NCBI GenBank assembly: GCA_001606155.1
Contig: LODT01000042.1
Span: 143,758 to 207,757 of the forward strand
Length of the DNA stretch: 64,000 bases
Direction: 5' to 3'
Origin: Tieghemostelium lacteum
Lineage: Eukaryota
In this document: positions 33,362-47,239 of the stretch, one piece after another
Position numbering within the stretch: the stretch's first letter is position 1
Layout: each line of letters opens with the position of its first letter
The notes under the pieces: generated by a model
Told to the model about the DNA's origin: nothing
The model's input: only the letters and a program-made list of their open reading frames with translations
Databases searched by the model: none
Program-made: the position numbers and the translations under genes

Positions 33362-34356
33362 TATTTATATATATGAGGTTTAATTAGATAGTGATTTAGA
33401 AAAAAAAAAAAATAAGATTTTTATTGAGAGAGTCAAACAGACAATAATAAATGAAAAAAAAATTTTTAGATTTTTATGTTTTTTTCAAACTGATTAAAAT
33501 TCTGATTTTTTTCAGGTTTAATAATTTCTACGAAAATATTTTGATTATAATTAAAATTTCTTATTATCTTTTAAAATTCAAATTTCTCACAGTTATTAAA
33601 AATTAGGTCACTTAAATTATTTTGATAGCCCAAGGATAGAAATATTATGAAGAGTTTTAAAAAAAAATTAAAGAGATGTAAATGTTGGGTTCATTTTTTT
33701 CGATGGAGACAACTAAAATATCATTAGTTTGATAGACCATGAATATTTTCACCTGCTCTATACCATAAAACCAAGTAAATATCTATGTTCTTAGATTGAT
33801 AATCTGATTGAAAAATTCAATTTCTTCTCCTCCAGATCCAAACGAAAGTACTTTCTATTCTATAATAATATTAATAATTACCAGCAACACTGAGTGATTC
33901 CCATGTATTGTAGCTGTTCTGAAGTTGATTTATAAATTTCAATTATAGAATTTAAATTAAATTCTATATTGAAAATTTAAACAAAATCATTAAATACACC
34001 ATTTTTATCATGTTTGTTCATCAGATATTTTGATAATAATAATCTTCTCAAATGTCACGCGAACTAAATAACATGTTATTGCATTTTATAATTCATATGT
34101 AAAAAGATGTGAGTGTTGTTACAAATAAATTAATTAACTCCAATTTGCAAAATAATAATTCAGTGTCATCAATGACAATAGATAATTTACAATATAATTT
34201 ATATTGGCTGTTTCTATAAACTTTCTATATCATATTTAAACTGAATCAAATTTGATTCTTACTTTATATTGTCAAAAATGGGTGGTATAATTGAAATACC
34301 CCCTTAGGTGTCATTGCAATATTAAGGCATATCAGTAGGGGTGTGGGCGATCGCTG

Positions 34357-34860
34357 TTAATGATTCTCTTTTACTGGTGGTTGAGGAATTGATTTTGGTT
34401 CACTTGGGATGTCAAGTGTGATGGTAATTGGAGGTTTTGTATTGTCAATAGATGAAGGATCTTTATTTCTCAATCTTTCTCCAAATTCTTTTACGGTATT
34501 GATACCGTAGGCATGTTTAATAATGTAAACTAAACCTGTTGTTGAACCTATGGCTAATAGTGTACCTGCTCCTAATGCTTTTAGTGCACTTGACACAGCA
34601 CCTGGTGGAGCACTTCTAAGTGTTTGTCTGATACCTGTTTTTCTGAAACCTAACATGATTCCACCTAAAAATCCCAGTCCTGCAAGTCCACCTGACACCA
34701 TAAAGAATGTAGATATATCCATCTCTTTACTCAAAAATGATGGTATCTTTTTAGGTAACATTGACATTACCAACGATTGTTGTGGTTCATTCATTGAGGA
34801 TTGTGTGTCACCTATTGATTTATTATTATTGTCGTTTTCTTTATTTTCATTATTTGTCAT
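34357..34860 (-). CDS. Small glycine-zipper membrane protein (167 aa), possibly related to the Tim17/OEP16 or Hig1 families.
   Basis: An Asn-rich N-terminus is followed by two Gly/Ala-rich predicted TM helices (VSGGLAGLGFLGGIMLGF and LKALGAGTLLAIGSTTGLVYII). I cannot match a diagnostic motif. Confidence 0.4.
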   Translation of the reverse strand: MTNNENKENDNNNKSIGDTQSSMNEPQQSLVMSMLPKKIPSFLSKEMDISTFFMVSGGLAGLGFLGGIMLGFRKTGIRQTLRSAPPGAVSSALKALGAGTLLAIGSTTGLVYIIKHAYGINTVKEFGERLRNKDPSSIDNTKPPITITLDIPSEPKSIPQPPVKENH

Positions 34861-35300
34861 TGTAATTCCAATTCGAACGAAACAAAATAAAAAAAAAAAA
34901 ATTTTAAACGTCCTTTAGTTTTACTTATCTGTGCAATAATGATTATGCATTTACTTTAATAGTAATAAAGAGACTAGGATCAGTGTCATTCACGATCTTG
35001 ATAAATTCAGTTATATCATGATAATTATATTTTAATGATTCTTTTGTTTTTGAGATAATATCAAAAATAGAATAACGTTAAACGTTCTAATTGTGTGATA
35101 TTTTAGTATATTTAAAAGTGATTCCCACAACAATAATTGTAATTTTTAATGTTAGTGGGACTAACCACCAGAAAACTCAAAAGCTTTTTTTTTTTTTTTC
35201 TATTTGATTCCAATTGGTCAGATTTTTTTTTACATAACATTATTGTATAAACTTTTGGAGGTGTAATATTACATAAACACTTCATCTTGTTTCAATCTAG

Positions 35301-38300
35301 ATGTCAACAACAGCTCAAGTTAGTAATAAAAAATTACAAAGATCAGCAGTATTAGAAAATATTGTAAATTCATTACTTCAGGCCTTAAGTGATTCAGATG
35401 AAACAGTAAAGCAAACAGTTATAACTTCACTCTATGATACAGGGTTCAGACAACCTAATCCAGTGCTATTCTTAGCATGCGAATTTATAAATAAAAATCC
35501 AAAGGTATGTTGGGAATGTGAGGCAGTTGTATATAGTTGACCTTGGACCTTTGTAGTATTAATACAGGTCGTATATATAGTTGGATCAAGCACATAGAGT
35601 ACAGATTCTAAAGAGTATATTAAGTATATTAAATGAAACTAGAGATCAGATTGTTGACACATTGTCATTGTCACTGATTCAGATGGCAATCAATGAGATG
35701 ACTAAGGATAAAGAGGTGGTACCTGAATGGCAACAAGCTGCCTCTTCATTACTGGTTTCGTTGGGTCTTAGATACCCATCTCAGATTATGGATGAACTAT
35801 TGAAGAGATTTGAACCAGGTACATTACCACACTATTTTATAATGAAGACATTAGGTGACTTTATTGGATCTAATCCTTTGCCTACTGTACCTAGAATCAG
35901 AGATATTCTCTCTAGAGTTCTACCAGTGTTGGCAACTATAAAACATGATAATTTCAAATGGGTATTTGCATCAACACTTGGACATATTGCAGATGCCATT
36001 GTTCAGTATATTGCCAATATTGATTCAGCACAGGACAAGACATTGACATTGTACTCTTTCTCAGCTGAGTTTTACCCAGCTCTAGAGTTTATGTTTAACA
36101 AATGGTTGACAACCAATCATGAAAAGGTACGTTTGGTCACTATAGAGGCCATAGGTTCCATTTCTAGTATTTTGGCAATTGAACAACTTGAATCACAATT
36201 GTCAAAGATTATCAATGGTGTCTTGCAAATGATGAAAAAGGAGAAGGATTTACTACCTGTTGTACACTCCATTCAATGTATTCTTTCAGTGTGCATTAAA
36301 AACGATCTAAAAACTAATTTGGACCCACTTTTACAGATTATAATGTCAACATTGCATCCATTTGCATGTCAGACACCAGACTACACCAATCCATCATCCA
36401 CTAAACTCTTTAATGAGGTTCTGAGATGTTTTGAAACTATTGGTCGTGGTTATTCGTTGGAGTTGGTTGCATTCCTCTCACAGAAACTTGAGATTAAAGA
36501 CAACAAGATCAAGTCAGGATCACTGTCCATTCTCAAGCATATTGTAACAAGACTGGATCCTGAGTTGGAGGATAAGAAATCACTTATTCTCTCTGCAATC
36601 AGACCACTGATTCAAACTGAAACTTCATTATTTGTTAAGAGATCGTTAGTACAAGTTGTAATTTCAATGGCTAGTTATGGATACCTTCATCTTCCAGGTG
36701 GAGAATCTCTAGTTGAATACGTAATTAAAGGTAGTAGTTTTATCCAAGATTCTGAGATTGGACTTAAGACTGTTGCTGCAGCTCAGCCTAAGAAACCAGC
36801 ATCATCCAACCCAGCTGAAGAAGTCACAGAAGTTGAGTTCCGTTCCATTTGTGATAACATTCTACATTTGATTACTACAACCATTCCCAATATGGAGACT
36901 GTCTTATGGCCATATCTATTTGAGAGTCTATTGCCAATGGACTACACTGGGTCCATTGCCATTGTATCCAAATGCCTCAATTTTATAGCATTAAATAAGA
37001 AGGCTAACGATTCCGACGATTACTATATTGATTTTGATAAGGAGGTAAATCTTCCAAAACCCACTCAAATGATTGCAAGATTTTTTGTGTTGCTTACAGC
37101 ACCACATCGTCGTAACCAGTTGGGTATTAGAATACTTGAGGTAATGAAATCTATTGGTCCTATTTTACATCCAAGTATCTGTGATATGTGGGATGTTACC
37201 TTACCAAAGCTCATTGTCTATCTAGAAGATCATCCATCCCCAGACGCTGAGGACTGGAACAAGAATCAATGGGAAGAGTTGGTACTCAGATTGCTCTCAG
37301 AGACCATTAAAAACGCAGCTGATGATGAATGGACTGTTCATTTAGGTAACAGTTTATCAGAACAGATTGACCACTACAAACGTGACCCTATTCTAAAGAG
37401 ATCCGCTTACAAACAGTTAGGTCTTATAATGCAAAAATCATCACACAAGGAATTTGTAAAATCAAAGTTGGATCAAATGTTTAATACAGTAGATTACACT
37501 AATGCACTGGAGAATGAAGGTTGTGCAGTTGGATTTGGGTACTGTTCTGCAAGTCATTTTGATTTGGTTTTGGAGAAGATTCAATTCTTCATTAAGAATA
37601 ACATGGTAAAGAAATCTGGATTCTTTAAGAAATCAGGTCCAAAAGGTATAAAGAACTGTGTGTTGTTAATGTATGGATATGCTGCAACTTATGCTCCTAG
37701 CGCATTATTGGCATCTAGAGTTGAGGTTCATATCGTGTCTCCTATTAAACCATCTATTTCTCTACTAAAGAAACCACTCAAGAAATTGTCAACCATTAAG
37801 ATGATTGATCTTATTGGTAAAGCACTTCACCAGGATAAAGTTGGTAACTTTGTTTTTAGACAACGTGATGAACTACTTAAATTGGTTATTAGCTATATGA
37901 ACACTCCACCACCATCTGTAACTAATCAGGTAAAGATTCAAGGTGTAAGCAGTTGCAGTACACTTATTGATCTTGAGCCTATGATTCCAATTGATCTTGA
38001 ACAACAGTTGGTTAATCTATTAATGGTCTTTTATGCCATTCAACCATCTAAAGAAAACCTTTTGAATACAGAATCTGAGGAATACAAAGAGGTGAATGAA
38101 TTGATAACCAACATCAATACAGTATTCTCAACATTGTTATTCAACCAAACTACCATTCCAACATTACAACGTTTAATTCAATATCTAGACCCACTTTCAA
38201 GATCCAAAGACACCCATTTACGTGAGAGATCTACATATTGTATACTCTATATTGTAAAGAAATACATTGAGTTTACATCTGAAAGTTCACAACCACCAGT

Positions 38301-40329
38301 AGACAAGAAATTTGATAATATTGGTACAACTATCAGTATCCTCATTCCAAGATGTGCAGACCCTGAACCAAATATCAGAAAATATGCTGTTGAATCACTC
38401 CAATTACTTTTGTATATTGATTTCATGTTGAAACATGTCACTGCTGAACAACGTAGAATTAAACCACCTGAACCTTTACACCCATTGACCAGTATCAGAG
38501 AATCTATTACCACCACAGAAGTTAACGAACAGTTCTCATTGGTATTTGATATCTCAATGATCATTGGCAGAATGATTTCTCTTGATGAGATACCAAGATT
38601 CTTGGAGGGCTCTATCAAGGGTCTCACCGATCTACAGACATTCTCAACTAATGGTACCTGCATTATGATTAATGGTCTTATAAAGAACAGAGGTCAAGAG
38701 CTTTTGGATTATGTTCCTACTTTAGTCAAAGGTTTAGTTGCTGCAATGGACGGGATCACATCCGATACCACCATGAATGGTACATTAGTAAGTCTTAGAT
38801 CACTTGCATCTCACCATTTGTTACCAGTTGTCAATGTCTTATTGGAATACCCAATGCCACATACATTACATGTTGTTAAATCGCTACAAATCATTGCAAA
38901 AGACAAGAATCTTGTAACTGAGACAGTTAATCATTTGATGGACCTTCTCAATAACAAACCAATATATGAAGAGAAACCAGATCCTAAAAACAAGAATAGA
39001 ACAGTTCCTGCACCTTATATCATTTCTCTTGCTGCCACTTCATCACTTGGTGAGATATTGCAGTTGACTGAGATTGAAGAGCATGCCAAACAATACTATC
39101 AACAATTGTTCTCTACCATGTGTCTACGTGCTGGTACTTGTAATAACTCTCTACCATGTGTTCAAGAGTCACCTATTCCAAAAGGAAAATCAACTACACT
39201 CATTCCAAGTACACAACTATTGGTATCCTTTAGACAATTCTTTAAAGCAGTCAAAGAAGATGAGCTTTTGGAGAAGATTGAAGCTAAAGGTTCTATCAAT
39301 CAATTAGAGTCACCAGCCTATCCACAAGCATTACAAGATATTATAGCACAAGTTGCACAGGTTCATCCAGAGTTGTTAAAGAGCATATATGAATTTTTGA
39401 TTCCATACCAGAGATCAAATTACATTCCACATAGAATAGTCACCATTGCCATTACTGCAGAACTCATTAATCATTCCAAAGACAAGGAACTACTACAACG
39501 TCTCATCAATACCCTTTTGAATTCACTTGTTGATCCAACTATAAAACTAATCTGTCTCAAAGGTCTAAGTAATATTGTCTCAGCTGGACAAGAGCAAACC
39601 AATCGTTATGCACCAACAGTCATTGATGCACTATCAACATCTATAGATGACCAAGATGAAGTCATTGCCATGGAATGCATGTTAGGTCTATCCAAAATCT
39701 TTGAGATTGCAGATGAGGGAAGAGTTGCACCCATTTTAGTAAACATTTGTAACAGAATCAGACCAGCATTTGAGAAACCAAATGACAGTATCCGTGCAGC
39801 CTCATTCCAACTCTTTGGATCCCTCTGGAGATTTGGATCAGGATCAGCCAGTGACCCATTCTTTGAACAAATTCACAATACTCTTCCAGCATTGACAATG
39901 CATCTTAACGATGAAAATGCACAAGTTAAAGATGCCTGTAAAAAATCACTTAGACAACTGTCTGCTCTGTTGCGTTCAGAGGAAATCTACACCTATTTCA
40001 CTAGAAAGTCATTTGATGATGACTCAACACCCAACTATGATGAATTCCTATCTGATTTCTCAAAACTTTTCATTACCTACTATCCAGATCGTATCAATTT
40101 CTATATTATGACATGTTTGGAATTTTATAAATCCAATTGGCAAACATTGCGTGCCAATAGTGCAACCATTACTGGTTTCATTTTGGGTAACATCAGTGAA
40201 GAAAAGAGATCTCAAACCAATATAAATCCAGCTATTATCATTAAAGCCCTTGTAGGTTTATTAGCTGAAAAGAATCCAATTGTACGTAAAAAAGCTGCTG
40301 AATCTTTGGGTTATTTATATAGTTATTAA
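35301..40329 (+). CDS. Maestro heat-like repeat protein (MROH1/HEATR7A-like). Exons are about 35301..35504 and 35581..40329.
   Basis: The protein is about 1650 aa and all alpha-helical with HEAT repeats. Recognisable blocks (LGDFIGSNPLPTVPRIRDILSRVLPVLATIK ... RKKAAESLGYL) are collinear with the MROH1 family. A 76-nt GTATGT..TAG intron joins the two track ORFs in phase 0. Confidence 0.7.
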
Positions 40330-40443
40330 AGAGTTCAACAAACCCAGAAAATATACAAAAAATCTTTTTTCCCCACCATTAAAAAATATAATTATATTTA
40401 AATAAAACAATAGTTCTAAATATGTGTTTATAATAGTACACTA

Positions 40444-42063
40444 TTAATATCCTTGATCAAATTCCAGATTTTTTATAGTCTTTGGAACAAAACCAATAAT
40501 TTTACTTGAGTTTAATATCAGGGTTTCCACACTTGCCGGTATCAGTTTATCGGATATCAATTGTAAAAATGAACTACCAAATTTAATGTACTTTAGTTTT
40601 TTTGGTAAGGTTCCTGGTAGTAATGGTGAATTGTAGGCGTCACCAAATATTATAGTTTCTACACTGTCTGGAATGATACCTGGTTGAATCACTTGATTAA
40701 ATGTGTTACCCATTCGAAGTGATTTTACAGAACTTGGTATTTTGGTTCTCAGTCTAGTGTTAAATTGTTTAAATTCTATCTCTTGTACGCTAGTTGGAAT
40801 AACACCGTCTTCCAATTGATTAATAATGAGGTCTCCTACAATGACTAGTTTTAGTACTGATGTTGGTATCACACCTTTTGTAAGAGGATATGTGTAGCTA
40901 GGTCCCAACTGAAGTGTTGGTAAACCCATTGGAATACTACCAATTTTCAGAGGTTGATTGAATTTCTCACCTAGATCTAGGACTTTGAGTTGAGTTGGGA
41001 GAAACCCAGGTTCAATAGGTTGATTAAACATGGATCCGTATACTAGGGTATGCACTGAATCTGGTATAGCACCATACTCAATTACATTATTAAATTCATC
41101 ACCAAAGATAATTTTTTCAAGGCTTTGTGGTAGTACACCTAGTGGTATAGTTTGATTGAATTTGTCACCAAATTCTAGAGTCAGTAATCCCTCTGGAAGA
41201 GTTCCTTCGATAAAAGGTTCATTGTAGTTACAGGATAGTTGTAAATGTCGAAGTGATGGAGGTAGCACCCCAGGTTCAATTTTTATATTAAAAAGTGTAC
41301 CCATACTCAAATGAACCAGATTATTTGGTAAAGTTCCTTTATACAATGACATGTTATAATCATTTCCAAATATTATAAACTCAACAGAATTTGGAAATAC
41401 CTATTAGATATCAATGTTAATATATACTATTATGAATTATTTCAACATGGTGATTGGTATACATACCCCTGGTAGTAATGCTTGATTATATTTATGACCA
41501 AATTTAATCAATTTGGTACCTTCTGGTATAATACCTATTGGAATGAAATGATCATAATTGTGGCCAAATTGTATTTGTTTAAGGTTTTTGGGTAGATGTT
41601 TAAGTTCCTTGTTGAAATACATACTGAATAGAATTGCCTCTATTGAGTCTGGGAATGTATTAGGCTCCAGATCTTTATCGTAGTTGGTACCCATATTTAT
41701 ATATTTTAGATTGTCAGGTAAACAACCTGGCATCAATGTTTCGTACATGTAATTTGGTAGATCAGCAGTATCTATTGCCAATTCACCAATCAAAGGTTTA
41801 ATATAATAGAATAATTTAAGTTCAATATCGTCTTCAAATCTAATATAACTGAATAGTTTAGGTATTTTAATAGCCTTTTCAAAGTAGTACTCTACTGATG
41901 GTCCTTGTGGATTCTTTTTGTTTTTTATCAAAACTATATTGGATTTCAGTTTTCCTATCAGATACTTTAAAGGAAAGTTGAAAAATGTAATTTCGTCAAT
42001 CAGAGAGTACATCTCTTTGCAACTCATTAAGAAGTTCAGCTTCCACCTGTCATATTGAATCAA
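40444..42063 (-). CDS. FNIP-repeat protein. Exons are about 40444..41400 and 41467..42063, separated by a 66-nt intron.
   Basis: The FNIP repeat (FGxxFNQxIxxGxLPxSLxxL) recurs many times, for example FGDKFNQTIPLGVLPQSL, YGSMFNQPIEPGFLPTQL and LGEKFNQPLKIGSIPMGL. The intron has GTATGT..TAG borders and the repeat register continues across the splice (KYNQALLPG|VFPNSVEFIIFGNDYN). Confidence 0.8.
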
Positions 42064-42427
42064 ATTTAAATACTTTTTAAATGTTTCTAATAGTACACTA
42101 TTGGTAACTAGTTTATCAAAAAAAGATTAGCTATCTACTTTAAATTTTATTGATTGATTAATGACTTACAGATATTGATAGTGCTTGTCATTACAATATC
42201 TTATTTTGAAGAAAAGTTTTAATTTAAAATTTTTTTTATTTCACAAATGCACGAAGTTCTTGTTAAATATTTAATCTTATTTTTTAGTTCTTTTTTTCTG
42301 TTATCTACCAACTTATAATAGGAACGACTGGGGCCACAGAGTTCTAATAGAGGAGACTTTACTACTGTTACACAGGTCAAAAAAAAACTGTTATCTTACT
42401 CTAAAATTTCTTTTTTTATTATTAAAG

Positions 42428-44179
42428 ATGACAAATAGGAGTATGCTACCAAAATTATTAGTAAAGAGAATATTTCAGTTATATTTAGATAGTTTTAATT
42501 CTTGTAGTGGCAATACTTTATTTTATAAATATTTCATTTATTCATTATCATTATGTAAAGAGTCTTTGGATATTATAAGTAAACTTCAATATGGTGATAT
42601 CTATATACATTCATTTCAATTAGATTTAGAATTTGTATATAGACTCTTTATCAAAGGATATAGGTTTCAGTCTATAACCATTAATGAATCTGAAGTTATT
42701 AATATAGAAATGTTATCACCAAGGTTAAATGAAAAAGCATTACATCTAATTCAAATGTACAATCAATCCAATGAGGATATTGACAAATATGATTTTGAAC
42801 TTCAGCAAGATCTACTTGGTACACTACACCAAAGTCACTATTTTTTTGATACACATTCTGATAATCAAAAATCACTGAAAGAGAGATTAGATTTGATACA
42901 ATTGCATTGTACACCAGGTAAGTCCATTGATAGTCTTAAAGTATCTATAGATGAAATGAATAGTAAAGATATACCATCAATTGTATCAACGAACAAAACC
43001 AGAGATCTATATTTGATTTTTACACAAAAGCAACCACTATCTCAGAATGTACACCTGGCACCTATGATCACTCTAAAGAAGTTAAAATTGAAATATGGTT
43101 CCATTTCAATTCAAGATTACAAAAACATTTTTGAATTTTGTCCAATGTTAGAATGGCTATCTATAAGACATACAGTTCTTATTAATGATGAGGTAAACAG
43201 TATATTAGAGTCTACACCTGAACATTTAAATCTAACTAAATTGACTATATTGTTAGATAGTGGAATACAGGAATCTGTACCAAGAATATGCCAATTTTTA
43301 AATAGAAATCGTGTTTTACAGTCACTGAAGATCTATGCAGCTTGTGATGAATTTTATGATGGTCCAAAGATATTAATTGACAACCAATCTTTGACTGAAC
43401 TTAAACTAATTCACAATTATGACATGGGTGATTATCAATTTAGAATGTATGATATCTTACAGTGTTGGGATGGAAAATCTTCTTTGAAACTCTATGAGAT
43501 TACGGAAAGTTCAGAAGAGCCATTTTTAGATTTTGATTTGATTAAAAGTCATTTTACCGGTTTAACAACTCTTGGTATGTCCGTTTCCACACAAGAACAT
43601 GTTACTGAGACATCAGTTCTTGTGAATATGTTACCTCTATTGACAGTTCTAAAGTACAGAGTTTTACAATGGTTAATGGCTGATGATAGAATGGAATTTG
43701 ATAACAGTTCATTGTGTACATCTATATCTAATCATAAGAGTATTTCAGAGGTTTTGGTATACAGTGATACAAAGTTATGTGGATTTCTAAATGGTTTGTT
43801 ACAAATTGATAACAAAATTTTAACCAAAGTTCATATATTGGATGTTTATAGGTTTGAAGTTATATCCGAATCCATTTTAAACACTAAAATTCCAAATTTA
43901 GTTATACAACAAGAGGAACTACCTGTAACTCCAATACTAGTTGAAGATATGTTTTTCTTTTACATTCTATTCAATAGAGAATATCCATTTGAGACCTTTC
44001 AATTTCTCACTCGTTATTTTGCCACTGCTGATTTTATTCATCAGGTATCAAATCGATTTAAAAACTATTACCAATCTGTTAATGAACACTCCTTAATGTT
44101 ACCACACCAAATTACACTAACATATTCAAAAAAAGTGAAAACTCATGACATTTGGAGGGATGTAAAAGGCATTTTATAA
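42428..44179 (+). CDS. Hypothetical protein of 583 aa, possibly with an F-box-like N-terminus and an LRR-like body.
   Basis: It is an uninterrupted ORF. The N-terminal LPKLLVKRIFQLYL is F-box-like. I recognise no other motifs. Confidence 0.4.
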   Translation: MTNRSMLPKLLVKRIFQLYLDSFNSCSGNTLFYKYFIYSLSLCKESLDIISKLQYGDIYIHSFQLDLEFVYRLFIKGYRFQSITINESEVINIEMLSPRLNEKALHLIQMYNQSNEDIDKYDFELQQDLLGTLHQSHYFFDTHSDNQKSLKERLDLIQLHCTPGKSIDSLKVSIDEMNSKDIPSIVSTNKTRDLYLIFTQKQPLSQNVHLAPMITLKKLKLKYGSISIQDYKNIFEFCPMLEWLSIRHTVLINDEVNSILESTPEHLNLTKLTILLDSGIQESVPRICQFLNRNRVLQSLKIYAACDEFYDGPKILIDNQSLTELKLIHNYDMGDYQFRMYDILQCWDGKSSLKLYEITESSEEPFLDFDLIKSHFTGLTTLGMSVSTQEHVTETSVLVNMLPLLTVLKYRVLQWLMADDRMEFDNSSLCTSISNHKSISEVLVYSDTKLCGFLNGLLQIDNKILTKVHILDVYRFEVISESILNTKIPNLVIQQEELPVTPILVEDMFFFYILFNREYPFETFQFLTRYFATADFIHQVSNRFKNYYQSVNEHSLMLPHQITLTYSKKVKTHDIWRDVKGIL

Positions 44180-44494
44180 AATAAAATCAGAACTTGAGAT
44201 AGTTTTCACCATATTGACCAATTAATTAATTACAGTAAGAAGTTCTTGTTAGTTTTAAATATAAAACTTAAAACTTATAAAAATCAGAAAAAGGATTAAT
44301 TGATTATAAATGTGGATATTTCCATAAATTATATAAATAGACGATTTTTATCACTTTACTATTTTTAGTTTTAAACATTTTCTACTTGGATTTTCAAATT
44401 GAGAGTTTCTAGAATCTTTAAAGATGTGATACAAGATAACCGTCTTCTAATTTTTAGATTTTGAAATAAAAACTGTTGTAATTGAGTTGTTTAT

Positions 44495-44884
44495 TTAGAT
44501 ATTTTTAGTTGTAGTTGCAGGTGAATTTTCATTGTTCACTATACTATTAATAAGTTGTTTGTGGTCTAATAGCTGTTTTTGGATGTACCATCGGTTTCTT
44601 AAATCGACTTCAATTTTATCAATTAAGGAGTGATAGTACATTGTGAAAACAACTACAAAAGTTGAATACCAATATGAATCTTGAATAGAATATGAAGTAT
44701 TATATGAATAACGATAACCTTGTGTAAGTAAATCATTATTAACAGGTGGTGATTTTAAACATATTTCAACAATATCTTGTACAGAACCTCTTAGTAGAGT
44801 AGGTTTTGCAATAATAAATTTCTGTAGGAAATCTGAAATATTAGAATTTGTATTTAAATTACTAAACCCTGTTATCCAATCCAT
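44495..44884 (-). CDS. Small hypothetical protein (129 aa).
   Basis: It is an isolated ORF with a plausible start and flanking AT-rich sequence. I have no motif evidence for it. Confidence 0.25.
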   Translation of the reverse strand: MDWITGFSNLNTNSNISDFLQKFIIAKPTLLRGSVQDIVEICLKSPPVNNDLLTQGYRYSYNTSYSIQDSYWYSTFVVVFTMYYHSLIDKIEVDLRNRWYIQKQLLDHKQLINSIVNNENSPATTTKNI

Positions 44885-45880
44885 TATGATAGGTAATTTT
44901 TATGAATAATAACTCATATTAATTATTTATCTATTATATTTATTGATTATACTATAGAATAGTGTGGTTAAAATTTGTATAAATTGTAAAATGTGTATAA
45001 ATTTTTAATTTTGATTTTCATTAACCCACTACACTTTTTGTTGACAATTGTATTGAATATGAAATTTAAAACAATAAATGTAAAGTATGTTCGAACAAGT
45101 TGTTAACATATAAATATCATTTTTAGTATCTTAACTATATAAATTGTTATTTTATATATCTCAAAATACTTTAGATAATTGCAATTGTAATAATAAATCT
45201 AGATTTACTTTTGTTTGGTAAAAACAATAAATCTATTTGAGAAAATAAAATAGTACTATTTTTGTATGAAGGTTTCCCAGTTATTTTGGTAACAATGGTC
45301 TCTTTTTGGTAGATGAGTTGTATCCATTTGATTTTCATTTATACTCCTATTTTTTTGTTCAGTTTCTCTTTTTATTCTTTCATGAATAGAGGTGCGATAT
45401 AACAATGGATGAGGGTGGAAAAAAAAATTTCTTATCGATTATAAATTTAGTTTTTGTAAAGGTACAGATAACACCAGGATCATGTTTTGTAATTAATTTT
45501 TTTAGTACACTGATAATAAAACCTGTATTTTTCTTTAATTATTCCCTTAATTTTGATTTGTTTAATCATATTTAAAGAAAATAAGAAAACTTTTAGATCC
45601 AGTGTATATTAGAGTTTGAAATATGATTTTTGCGAACCCCAGCAGTAATTTTATCATAATTTAATATAAAATTTTCCTTTTTTGTCCACAACAATAGAGC
45701 ACAAAGGTTGAATAAAACTTCAATTTGAAAGTAAAATGATATATTTAAACTATTTAAAAATTTAAATATCATATTTCATTAAAGTTTTAAACTAATAATG
45801 CAACAAATAAGTTTAGTAAGTTATTAATTCAAATAATATTTGACCAATATAATTTATTATATTTTTAAAAAAATATTTAG

Positions 45881-47239
45881 GATGAAATCTTACCAGAACT
45901 AAGTGAAATGGTTTTCACCTTATCAGAGGAATATACTTTTAAAGTTTCCACTAAAAGAATATTTGGAGATACATCTAATATCACTCCTAACATTAAAACT
46001 GGATTTATACCATTTTTGTTAAAAGAGGAATTTAAAAGTGATCATGTGGAGGTAAGTAAATTATTGTAATATATATATATATATAAGCATTGTAAACTAA
46101 TTGACCACTTTAAAATTATGAATCAGAAAAAAGAATATTGGGTGTTAACTAATATTACAACAATAAATGAAAATGAATATACTAGAATGCTAGTTTTGGT
46201 GCCTGGATCTTTGAGTTCCATTGTAAAGTTGTTATATTCACCCATTTTAGGTGTAAGAGAAACTGCAATGCATGCAATTGGAAATATTTCCTCAGAGAAT
46301 ACACAACAAAGAGATATGTTGTTGAATATTGGTGCTCTAGAACCTTTAGTCGATTGGTTAAATATCCAAGCCCAAAATAGAATGATTCGTCTAAAAGAAG
46401 TTAGATTGGTGGTCTGGACAATGTCAACTCTGTGTACAAGAAGTCCACCTCCATCCTACCATAGAATTGGAATATGTTTCTCAATTCTCACTAAATTGGT
46501 GTACTGTAAAGACCCTGAAATTCTCATATATACCTTATCGGCATTATCAAGTATAACAGAGAGCTTTAGTGAAATGATACCAGAGATAATTACAAGTTAT
46601 AATACCATTCAAGAGTTAATTTTCATTCTAGACCACAGATCTCTGGAGATTAAAATTTTGACAATCAAAACCATTGGTAATATTGTGGCTAGTGATTTCC
46701 AGTTCCCTCACAACATAATGAACCAATTGTGTTGTGCCCTAACGATATACATTGACAACTTTGTCCAACTGGACCAACAGTTTCTCTTTTTTGTTCTGTG
46801 GACCCTCAGTAATGTAGCTGCAGGTAAAAGTGACCATATACAAATGGTAATTGACTCCAACGCCATTCCTAAATTACTAATTATCATGTCAAGTCATAAA
46901 GACGGTCTAAACCGTTGTAAAATTGAAGCCATATGGGTACTAAGACATATTATTGCAGCTGGTAACCATAGTCATATTAAATATCTAATATTGAATGGCT
47001 GCTGTAAATCTCTTTGTGACCTGTTAACAATTGATAATACAGATATCCTTAATCTTCTTCTAGTTACACTTGAAAGTCTTTCCCAAATGATAACAATTCA
47101 ATTTTCAAAAGATTTCTTGATTGGCCATATTAAATCAAGTATGTCTTCTGTCAGTTTCGATAAGCTTCATCGTCTTAAAAAACAAGGAACTTATTCGCCA
47201 ATACACATAGTTGATAATCTCTTACAATATTTCAAATAA
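45881..47239 (+). CDS. Divergent importin-alpha-like armadillo-repeat protein lacking an IBB domain. Exons are about 45881..46051 and 46127..47239. The 5' end is unresolved, and the first in-frame ATG is at 45908.
   Basis: ARM repeats align with importin-alpha: EYWVLTNITTINENEYTRMLVLVPGSLSSIVKLL resembles [33 protein letters not shown]. Further matches include RETAMHAIGNISSE, VVWTMSTLCTRSPPP, FFVLWTLSNVAAGKSDHIQMVIDSNAIPKLLIIM and EAIWVLRHIIAAGNHSHIKYLILNGCCKSLCDLL. A 75-nt GTAAGT..CAG intron joins the exons in phase 0. Confidence 0.6.

Noticed and set aside
38247-38663. Antisense ORFs longer than 100 aa inside large genes, for example 38247..38663 (minus) within the HEAT-repeat gene, 31118..31441 (minus) and others within MVP, and 58180..59457 (plus) within the coiled-coil gene
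   Set aside because: They overlap strongly supported genes on the other strand, have no motifs, and in low-complexity or GC-richer coding DNA such shadow ORFs are expected by chance.
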